NCBI GenBank assembly: GCA_002269645.1
Contig: NIVC01002015.1
Location: 1-28,049, forward strand
Direction: 5' to 3'
Source: Macrostomum lignano
Taxonomy: Eukaryota
DNA length: 28,049 nt
The translations under genes were made by a program, and so were the position numbers. This document shows positions 9,641-19,270 of this stretch, in pieces. Position 1 is the stretch's first letter, and each line of letters opens with the position of its first letter. Under the pieces are notes generated by a model. It ran no database searches and was not told where the DNA came from. It was given only the letters and a program-made list of their open reading frames with translations.

Positions 9641-12600
9641 ATGGGACACAGCCACAGTCGCGACGGCATGAAGAAGGTGCAGGGCGAGTTGAAACGTAAG
9701 TCACCGACCAGTATCCGCTGGTCCCTGAGCACGAATACGTTCGCAGCGGCACGCTCACACATGGTGTGGAGGGGTCGGCAAACTCCGACCCGCAGGCCAC
9801 GTGCGGCCCGCAAAGCCTCTCTATCTGGCCCTTGGGTTCTTTGAAAATTCACAATAGCAATCCGGCCCGCTCAAGGTCCATGTCTCTGCTCAGCTCTCTT
9901 TTCTCTCCTCTCCCTTCTCTCCTCTCATTCTCCCATTTCATATTTCCTCTCCTCTCGTCGTCTCACTTTCCTCTCGCCTCACCTGTCGTCCCCTCGCCTT
10001 TCCTTTCTCCTATCTCTCATCTCTCCTCTCTTCTCTATTCTCTCTCCTCTTTCCCCTCCTCTGGCCCGCAGTCATGCGCTGGGTTCTCTATAGTAAAAAA
10101 GTTTGCCAACCCTTAGAAGTTTGCCTATATCCAAATGTACATCTATAACTAGTGCATCACCGCCTGCTTTCCAGTCTCCGAAGCGGAGACAGGCGACATG
10201 ATGAAGCGCTTCTTCCAGTTGACCAACAACAGGGACAGCCTGTCGCGGCATCAGTTTCACGAGACTATCAAGCGCTCACTTCACGGCCAGCCATTGTAAG
10301 CTTGATGTTGGGTGTGGGGGGATGGTCTTACAGGAGATGGGATCAGCAATTATTAGCTTGAAAATGAATTCCCCATATGCCCTCCCATCAGCGACAAGAA
10401 ACTGTGGGACTCCGTGTTCGATATGCTGGACCTGAACAAGGACGGCAGTATCGACTTCTACGAGTTCTCCATCTCCATGGTGTACAGCTCGAAGCTGCCG
10501 ATGGAGAAGAAAATCGACTGTAAGTTCATTTCTGGACACTTGCGTCCCTGCAGTGTTGTCCTCAATGTGTCCCTGCAGTGTTGTCTTCAATGTGTCCCTG
10601 CAGTGTTGTCCTCAATGTGTCCCTGCAGTGTTGTCCTCAATGTGTCCCTGCAGTGTTGTCTTCAATGTGTCCCTGCAGTGTTGTCTTTAATGTGTCCCTG
10701 CAGTGTTGTCCTCAATGTGTCCCTGCAGTGTTGTCTTCAATGTGTCCCTGCAGTGTTGTCTTCAATGTGTCCCTGCAGTGTTGTCTTCAATGTGTCCCTG
10801 CAGTGTTGTCTTCAATGTGTCCCTGCAGTGTTGTCTTCAATGTGTCCCTGCAGTGTTGTCTTCAATGTGTCCCTGCAGTGTTGTCTTCAATGTGTCCCTG
10901 CAGTGTTGTCTTCAATGTGTCCCTGCAGTGTTGTCTTCAATGTGTCCCTGCAGTGTTGTCTTCAATGTGTCCCTGCAGTGTTGTCTTCAATGTGTCCCTG
11001 CAGTGTTGTCTTCAATGTGTCCCTGCAGTGTTGTCTTCAATGTGTCCCTGCAGTGTTGTCTTCAATGTGTCCCTGCAGTGTTGTCTTCAATGTGTCCCTG
11101 CAGTGTTGTCCTCAATGTGTCCCTGCAGTGTTGTCCTCAATGTGTCCCTGCAGTGTTGTCCTCAATGTGTCCCTGCAGTGTTGTCCTCAATGTGTCCCTG
11201 CAGTGTTGTCCTCAATGTGTCCCTGCAGTGTTGTCTTCAATGTGTCCCTGCAGTGTTGTCTTCAATGTGTCCCTGCAGTGTTGTTTTCAATGTGTCCCTG
11301 CAGTGTTGTTTTCAATGTGTCCCTGCAGTGTTGTCTTTAATGTGTCCCTGCAGTGTTGTTTTCAATGTGTCCCTGCAGTGTTGTCTTCAATGTGTCCCTG
11401 CAGTGTTGTCTTTAATGTGTCCCTGCAGTGTTGTCTTCAATGTGTCCCTGCAGTGTTGTCTTCAATGTGTCCCTGCAGTGTTGTCTTCAATGTGTCCCTG
11501 CAGTGTTGTCTTCAATGTGTCCCTGCAGTGTTGTCTTCAATTTGTCCCTGCAGTGTTGTCTTTAATGTGTCCCTGCAGTGTTGTCTTCAATGTGTCCCTG
11601 CAGTGTTGTCTTCAATGTGTCCCTGCAGTGTTGTCTTCAATGTGTCCCTGCAGTGTTGTCTTCAATGTGTCCCTGCAGTGTTGTTTTCAATGTGTCTTAA
11701 ATTGTGTCTCAACTGTGTCTCAACTGTGTCTCAACTGTGTCTCAACTGTGTCTCAACTGTGTCTCAACTGTGTCTCAACTGTGTCTCAACTGTGTCTCAA
11801 CTGTGTCTAAACTGTTCCTGCTGCACCCGCCGCAGACCTGTTCCAGATGATGGACTTCAATGGCGACGGCCAGGTGAGCGTCGAGGAAATGAACCGCGCC
11901 ATCCGAACTGCCAGCCGCATCGCCAACAATGCCGAGCGAGTCTGGGACCTGGAGGAGTATTTTCCCACTCTGGTGAGCAGCTTGAGTGAAGGCTGGGGAT
12001 GGTGAGGGCTGGGGATGGTGAGGGCTGGGGATGGTGAGGGCTGGGGATGGTGAGGGCTGGGGATGGTGAAGGCTAGGGTTTGCAAAGGCTGGGCATTGTG
12101 AAGGCTGGGGATTGTGAAGGCTAGAGATTGTGAAGGTTGGGGATTGTGAAGGTTGGGGATTGTGAAGGCTGGGGATGGTGAGGGCTGGGGATGGTGAAGG
12201 CTAGGGTTTGCAAAGGCTGGGCATTGTGAAGGTTGGGGATTGTGAAGGCTTGGGATTGTGAAGGCTAGAGATTGTGAAGGTTGGGGATTGTGAAGGCTGG
12301 GGATTGTGAAGGTTGGGGATTGTGAAGGCTGGGAGTTTTTGAAAGCTAGTAGAACAGGAGTTCAGGTGACCGTTAATTTTTACAGCTGTTCAGAATGAAT
12401 TGGGTTAGGAAAATGCAGCTTCAATACTACTTAAAGTAGTTCGCAGACAATTCCGATAGAATACGATCGTGATTGGTTCAGTAGGGAAGTCGGCGCAGGT
12501 TTTGTGGATTAGAAAACCCGATGATAAATGCACTCTCAACTGGAACGCTGGCCATCCCGCAGGCTTCCAGGGACACGCTGACAAAAAGAGAGTTCAAGGA

Positions 12601-12658
12601 CGCGATGTCCACCCGCAAGGGCCAGGAGCTGATGAACTGCCTGAACTTCCACATCTGA
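9641..12658 (+). CDS. N-myristoylated neuronal calcium sensor/recoverin/calcineurin-B-like EF-hand protein; 178 aa
   Basis: Exons 9641-9695, 10175-10295, 10392-10519, 11836-11972, 12563-12658 (phases 1,2,1,0; all GT-AG; 537 nt open). It starts MGHSHS (MGxxxS) and has canonical EF loops DLNKDGSIDFYE and DFNGDGQVSVEE. Confidence 0.9.
9893..10062 (+). repeat. CT-rich low-complexity tract in EF-hand gene intron 1
   Basis: Nearly pure pyrimidine run of CTCT/CTCC motifs. Confidence 0.8.
10544..11696 (+). repeat. 25-bp minisatellite (CCCTGCAGTGTTGTCTTCAATGTGT), ~46 copies, in EF-hand gene intron 3
   Basis: Directly visible with few variants; it generates three spurious Cys-rich ORFs. Confidence 0.99.
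11703..11815 (+). repeat. 11-bp tandem repeat (TGTGTCTCAAC), ~10 copies
   Basis: Abuts the 25-mer array and resembles part of its unit. Confidence 0.95.
11986..12333 (+). repeat. 16-17-bp G-rich minisatellite (GGCTGGGGATGGTGAG / GGCTGGGGATTGTGAA) in EF-hand gene intron 4
   Basis: Directly visible; starts 13 nt after the donor. Confidence 0.95.
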
Positions 12659-12804
12659 TGGGCAAGAGAACTCGGCGAGAGAAAAACCTCAGATGAGAAA
12701 AGACAGCGTACACATCTTCGTCTCACTTGCTTGTTTGAGCACACATTGAATTGCGGAATCTGCTTGTGTACAAATAACATCATGGCTAACAGCTCATCCG
12801 CTTT

Positions 12805-12890
12805 TACTCAGCCAAAATCATAATTGCATGTTTACTCAGCCAAAATCATAATTGTACTCAGCCAAAATATTATTTGTATGTTTACTCAGC
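12805..12890 (+). repeat. Short imperfect tandem duplication TACTCAGCCAAAAT(CATAATTG), 3 copies plus 1 partial
   Basis: Copies start at about 12805, 12833, 12855 and 12883. Confidence 0.85.
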
Positions 12891-12989
12891 GTGCCATATT
12901 TGATAGGAAAATCTCTAAACTTGTTTAAATTGACTAATTTAATTTTTTTTCTGTCAATATAGACTCCAGTTTTTTGGGTTCCATACCCG

Positions 12990-13700
12990 GAAATTTCCCG
13001 TCTGTATGCGAGGCCCAACCCAATGGCCCAAAGTGTACACCCTTGAATTAGTTGACTCAACTGCAGGGGGCTCCGTGCATCCGGATGTAGCGAGGAGGCG
13101 TTGCCGCCCATGACCCCTGGCGACCACGGGCAGCTGGTGTTGCGGTGTCGCGCAGGGAGATTCGGTGCTGCGGGTGTCTGCAGCGCGGTCCCCCTCCGGA
13201 GAGTCCAGGAGGTGGATTGTCGCTCGCCCGGTAGCCTTTAGGTAGCGGACGAGCTGGCAGAGATTCTCGGGCCTGAAAACGTCGGAGAGGTCCGGGTTTG
13301 GGCTGAGGTAGTTGAGCCTGTCCTGAGTAAAGGCGGGGCATTCACAGAAGGCGAGGCAGAATGGGCATTTCTCACTACGGATTTTTCCCTGAAGGTGACG
13401 ATGTCTGGCGAAACAGCCATGACCCGAGATGGCCATGGTCACCGCCCTGATGTCCCTGCGGTTGAGTCCAAGCAGGGCCTGCTGTACACCCTGTGGTACA
13501 CCTGCTGTACACGTCCGCACCTGCGCACCGACACCAGCGCGTGAACAGCGGCCTTTGGGTCTCAGCTCATGGATGCCCGCCTCATATGACCCCTAACCCA
13601 GTTAGTCAGGCCAAGCAAAGGGCCAGAGCGGTTTTCCTAGGCAAACTCTCCAAAGATTGCCCATCTGCGCCTGTCGGTGAGGACGGAAGGGCAGGCTGGC
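12990..13700 (-). mobile_element. 5'-truncated degenerate LINE (LOA/R1/I/Tad-like) with RNase H and C-terminal CCHC-type zinc finger
   Basis: The minus strand gives VLTD..., WVRGH (13600-13586; RNase H WVxGH motif), then [30 protein letters not shown]...KCPFC...CECPAF...[13 protein letters not shown], the typical LINE ORF2 C-terminus with the ETxEH segment deleted. Frameshifts and stops are present. Confidence 0.8.
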
Positions 13701-13991
13701 TTGGCGGGATCGACAGCGCGTTGAGTGGAACTTGTCAGGGATTTTTGTCACACACAGCACTTAAGATGGAGAGCGCGAGGCTGGGGAGCGACTATGAAAG
13801 GGAATTAGCGAGCGAGCACTGCCTCCCGGGGAGCGACCCGGCAACCTCAGATCTGAGGTCAGCGAGTGCAGCTGCAACCCGACAGAACACTTTTTGCCAC
13901 GGCTTCTCCATGGCCTGCGCTCGACCAAGTACAGATGGCCTTTGGGGCTGGGCAGGTTGGAGTGGGGCGCTAAGCTAGTAGTGAGCATATA

Positions 13992-15092
13992 AAGCTGAGA
14001 GTCAGGGAGCGCCAAGCTGAAAGTCAGGGGGCGCCAAGCTGAGAGTCAGGGGCACCGAGCTGAGAGTCAGGGAGCGCCAATCTGAGAGAGTCAGGGAGCG
14101 CCAAGCTGAGAGTCAGGGGCACCGAGCTGAGAGTCAGGGAGCGCCAATCTGAGAGTCAGGGGGAGAGCTCCAAGCTGAGAGTCAGGAGGAGAGCGCCAAT
14201 CTGAGAGTCAGAAGGAGGGCGCCAATCTGAGAGTCAGAAGGAGGGCGCCAATCTGAGAGTCAGAAGGAGGGCGCCAATCTGAGAGTCAGAAGGAGGGCGC
14301 CAATCTGAGAGTCAGGAGGAGGGCACCAAGCTGAGAGTCAGGAGGAGGGCGCCAATCTGAGAGTCAGGAGGAGAGCGCCAATCTTAGAGTCAGGAGGAGG
14401 GCGCCAAGCTGAGATTCAGGGGGAGGCCTCCAAGCTGAGAGTCAGGGGAGAGCTCCAAGCTGAGAGTCAGGGGGAGAGCTCCAAACTGAGAGTCAGGGGG
14501 AGGCCTCCAAGCTGAGAGTCAGGGGGCGCCAATCTGAGAGTCAGAGGGCGCCAATCTGAGAGTCAGGAGGAGGGCGCCAAGCTGAGAGTCAGAGGGCGCC
14601 AATCTGAGAGTCAGGAGGAGGGCGCCAAGCTGAGAGTCAGGGGAGGGCGCCAAGCTGAGAGTCAGGAGGAGAGTGCCAATCTGAGAGTCAGGAGGAGAGT
14701 GCCAATCTGAGAGTCAGAGGGCGCCAATCTGAGAGTCAGGGGGCGCCAATCTTAGAGTCAGGAGGAGTTTGCCAATCTGAGAGTCAGAAGGAGAGCGCCA
14801 ATCTGAGAGTCAAGAGGAGAGCGCCAATCTGAGGGTTAGGAGGAGAGCGCCAATCTGAGGGTTAGGAGGAGAGCGCCAATCTGAGGGTTAGGAGGAGAGC
14901 GCCAATCTGAGGGTCAGGAGGAGAGTGCCAATCTGAGAGTCAGAGGGCGCCAATCTGAGAGTCAGGGGGCGCCAATCTGAGGGTCAGAGGGCGCCAATCT
15001 GAGAGTCAGAGGGCGCCAATCTGAGGGTCAGGGGGCGCCAATCTGAGGGTCAGAGGGCGCCAATCTGAGAGTCAGGGGGTGCCAATCTGAGA
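13992..15092 (+). repeat. 22-26-bp minisatellite, core GCCAATCTGAGAGTCAG plus a purine-rich variable linker
   Basis: Directly visible; linkers are G/A-rich variants, not unique spacers. Confidence 0.97.
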
Positions 15093-15475
15093 TATTTCAT
15101 CCATAGAGCAAAAACCCATTATTCCATATCATAAGACAGTCAAGTTTATTGAGCAGGATGCAGGACTCTGATAAAGCAATTCATCAATCGCAAATCTCAG
15201 TTTCCAGTGCGCAAGCGCAGTTGCCGATCCAGGCACTCTTGCTGACTTCCCTTGCCACCCCAGCCCATCGGGAGGCTTTCTCTGAAACAGGAGGGATTGC
15301 AGTGAAATACGAAACCCAATTGCCAGGCCAAGCGTGACATTTCCCTTGTCTTGCTGTCGTGCATGGATGGCCAGCTGACATTCCGCTTGTGCAAGCGCTG
15401 GGGGACAGCGCGATCGTTAATGGGCCTTTGGTACGAAAGGGTGACAAGCTTAAATTAGTGCGCTAAACTTGAATC

Positions 15476-16462
15476 GAGGGCGTCAGGCTGGACTAGAGGG
15501 CGTCAGACTGGATTAGAGGGCGTCAGGCTGGACTAGAGGGCGTCAGACTGGATTAGAGGGCGTCAGACTGGATTAGAGGGCGTCAGACTGGATTAGAGGG
15601 CGTCAGACGGGATTATAGGGCGTCAGACCGGATTAGAGGGCGTCAGGCTGGATTAGAGGGCGTCAGACTGGATTAGAGGGCGTCAGACTGGATTAGAGGG
15701 CGTCAGGCTGGACTAGAGGGCGTCAGACTGGATTAGAGGGCGTCAGACTGGATTAGAGGGCGTCAGACTGGATTAGAGGGCGTCAGACGGGATTATAGGG
15801 CGTCAGACCGGATTAGAGGGCGTCAGGCTGGATTAGAGGGCGTCAGACTGGATTAGAGGGCGTCAGACTGGATTAGAGGGCGTCAGACGGGATTATAGGG
15901 CGTCAGACCGGATTAGAGGGCGTCAGGCTGGATTAGAGGGCGTCAGACTGGATTAGAGGGCGTCAGACGGGATTATAGGGCGTCAGACCGGATTAGAGGG
16001 CGTCAGGCTGGATTAGAGGGCGTCAGACTGAATTAGAGGGCGTCAGACTGGATTAGAGGGCGTCAGACGGGATTATAGGGCGTCAGACCGGATTAGAGGG
16101 CGTCAGGCTGGATTAGAGGGCGTCAGACTGGATTAGAGAGGAATAGAGGGCGTCAGACTGGAATAGAGAGGAATAGAGGGCGCTAGACTGGAATAGAGGG
16201 CGCCAGACTGGAATAGAGGGCGCTAGACAGGAATAGAGGGCGCCAGACTGGAATAGAGGGCGCTAGACAGGAATAGAGGGCGCCAGACTGGAATAGAGGG
16301 CGCTAGACAGGAATAGAGGGCGCCAGACTGGAATAGAGGGCGCTAGACAGGAATAGAGGGCGCCAGACTGGAATAGAGGGCGCCAGACTGGAATAGAGGG
16401 CGCCAGACTGGAATAGAGGGCGCCAGACTGGAATAGAGGGCGCCAGACTGGAATAGATGGCG
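15476..16462 (+). repeat. 20-bp minisatellite (GGGCGTCAGACTGGATTAGA grading to GGGCGCCAGACTGGAATAGA) with higher-order structure
   Basis: Directly visible; the subtype switch is at about 16140-16190. Confidence 0.98.
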
Positions 16463-16962
16463 CAAAGCACCCACAGGCGCCAAACTTGAATCAGTTGCGC
16501 CAGGGTTTCGCTAAAAGCGCCCAGCCCCCTCACCGAAAGCCCTCAGCAATCTTGAGCTGGGCCTGCTCCGCTATCTGCCAACAATCAGCGCCAAGCATTT
16601 TATCTCATCTATAAATAAACCAAACAGTTGCCAAAAATGCGATCAACTTGAATTCAAAAATAAAAATTCTGTAATTCTACGAGCCTATAATTGCTAGTTT
16701 AGATCTGCCAGATCGGCATGACAGCGATAAGCCATTGAAAGCAGCATTGCAGGTCTGCCGAAATTCTGTCTCCGCATGAGTTGAGCTGCTGCAGACTTCG
16801 GTCCTTATCTCTGAGACACTTGCTCAGGTCACCCTCGCTCTCTCTCAAGACTTGATAGCTCTCCTCACTCACTTTTGCCTCCAGATTTCATTGACCGAAG
16901 TCTTGAAAGGGTAGCGGCTCACGTGTCTTATGGCATTCACAGCTATTCTATTCACAGCTCAC

Positions 16963-17708
16963 CACTCACTCCAATCTCTCAGTCTCACTCACTCCAATCT
17001 CAGTCTCACTCACTCTAATATCTCAGTCTCACTCACTCCAATCTCTCAGTCTCACTCACTCCAATCTCTGTCTCACTCACTCCAATCTCTGTCTCACTCA
17101 CTCCAATCTCTGTCTCACTCACTCCAATCTCTGTCTCACTCACTCCAATCTCTCAGTCTCACTCACTCCAATCTCTGTCTCACTCACTCCAATCTCTCAG
17201 TCTCACTCACTCCAATCTCTCAGTCTCACTCACTCCAATCTCTCAGTCTCACTCACTCTAATCTCTCAGTCTCACTCACTCTAATCTCTCAGTCTCACTC
17301 ACTCTAATCTCTCAGTCTCACTCACTCCAATCTCTCAGTCTCACTCACTCCAATCTCTGTCTCACTCACTCCAATCTCTCAGTCTCACTCACTCCAATCT
17401 CTGTCTCACTCACTCCAATCTCTCAGTCTCACTCACTCCAATCTCTCAGTCTCACTCACTCCAATCTCTCAGTCTCACTCACTCCAATCTCTCAGTCTCA
17501 CTCACTCCAACCTCTCAGTCTCACTCACTCCAATCTCTGTCTCACTCACTCCAATCTCTGTCTCACTCACTCCAATCTCTGTCTCACTCACTCCAATCTC
17601 TCAGTCTCACTCACTCCAATTTCTCAGTCTCACTCACTCCAATCTCTCAGTCTCACTCAGTCCAATCTCTCAATCTCACTAACTCCAGTCTCTCAGTCTC
17701 ACTCAGTC
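16963..17708 (+). repeat. 21/23-bp minisatellite (CTCACTCACTCCAATCTCT[CA]GT)
   Basis: Directly visible. Confidence 0.97.
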
Positions 17709-18212
17709 CTGAGCTTCTCAATACCAAAGATGGGAGAGTTACGCTCCCCAGTTGCAGCTAATTCCGCAGTGATTCAAAGCTGACCTGCAACCCACCCAAA
17801 CTACGCTCGTACAGGCCAAAAATAGGTACAAAAAGGCTAACAACTGCTGGTCACAGCCTCCTCTGCGCTCCTTCAGTTGATCCAGAAATGCCAGCTACGG
17901 CACTGCAGTGCCTTGCGTGTCCCCCCTCACTCTGCATGCAATGCCTTCTTTGCAACCAAACTGTTCAAAGCGGTCGTCTGACTCTCTGCCCCTCCACCCC
18001 GCAAAAAAAACCTGAGGGCGGGAGGTGAGAGGGTTGGGGCTTTGAATTTAGTCAGGGACTTCTCTATACAAGTTCCTGGACTGGAATCTTCATGGAATAG
18101 ACATGGGTCCACACATCACTGTAAAATCAAGGGAGTTAAAACAGCTTCTTGAGTACTTCGCACCAAGACAGGACCGAATTTTTGAAGGCCTTCTTCAGTG
18201 ACATGATGAAAA

Positions 18213-18570
18213 ACTCTCCTTTCCTCTCCTCTCCTCTCTTCTCTTCTTCTCTCCCCTCTCTCCTCTCCTCTCCTATACTCTCCTCTCCTCTTCACATCTC
18301 CTCTCCTCTCCACCCTTAGTCTTCACATCGCCTCTCCTTTCTTCACATCTCTTCTTCTCTCCCCTCCCCTCCCCTCCCCTCCTCTCCTCTCCTCTCCTCT
18401 CCTCTCCTCTCCTCTCCTCTCCTCTCCTCTCCTCTCCTCTCCTCTCCACTCTTCTCTCCTCTTTTCTCTCCTTCTCTCATCTACTCTACTAGCTCCTCTC
18501 TTCACATCTCCTCTCCTCTCCTCTCCTTTCCATTCTTCACATCTCTTCTCTCTCCCCTCCTCTTCTAAAT
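18213..18570 (+). repeat. (CTCCT)n-type pyrimidine microsatellite/low complexity
   Basis: Directly visible; source of the spurious RGEE-repeat ORFs. Confidence 0.93.
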
Positions 18571-19270
18571 TCTCAAGATTCTTTTCAAAAAGTTAGCCGA
18601 CCTTTGCTCTAGCCCCAATAAGGTTAGATGCATGTAGGCAGGAGCTTCCAGTCCAGATGCTATACTTTGAGAAGTCCCTGTCTTTAGTCAGCTTTAAAGA
18701 GAGGGGGGCTGTGGCTGAACAGAGGCGCCGAGCGACCGCCCCCTTCCGCGGACAGCCCCCCCCCCCAACAGCCGCAGCCCCAGAGCCTTATCAGGCCGCG
18801 GCGCGGACACAGGCAGGTAAGGAGGCCGGCCTTCACCTCCCTCCGTTTATCGCCAGCCAGCCAGATGAATTTACGCACTTCGTAGCCCCAAATAGAATTC
18901 GCAAATTGGGACGCTCAGCTTTTGTTAACCTACAAGCCACCAAGTGCAGCCGACGCCACGCAGCGGGCTCGGGACCCGGTAAGGCCACTCCCCAGTGTAC
19001 AGTCCGTGTGCGCCGGTGCCCAACCTCCACCTCCACCGCCCGCCATTCATTGGCCTCTTAAAACACCAACAGAAGGCCGCAACAAACGCGTGTTCTGCCA
19101 ACAGCGCCACCCACCCCAACTCCAACAGCACAGTTCTTGCTTGCCCCCTCACTGCTTCGTTTTCCTGGACTGGGTCTGTCTTAAAAGCGTTCGTCCATCT
19201 TGCCCGTGTGCAGACCCAGAAAGGCAAACAAGAAGAAGACTGAGAAGAAACACGAAGCCAGGAAAAGGAA

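Noticed and set aside
10414-11989. Three 308-428-aa Cys-rich ORFs
   Set aside because: Translations of the 25-bp minisatellite; only 10392-10519 and 11836-11972 are real exons.
13780-13870. HDV-like or hammerhead ribozyme call
   Set aside because: No P1 partner or 7-nt L3 for the HDV fold, and no CUGANGA/GAAA core; kept only as an unclassified structure.
13992-16462. CRISPR-like regularly spaced 20-26-bp repeats
   Set aside because: Units are head-to-tail with no unique spacers, there are no cas genes, and the context is spliceosomal.
17899-17912. 14-bp palindrome GGCACTGCAGTGCC
   Set aside because: Isolated with no supporting context; compatible with chance.
16930-18505. SHSLQ and RGEE repeat ORFs
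   Set aside because: Translations of the 21/23-bp array and the CT microsatellite.
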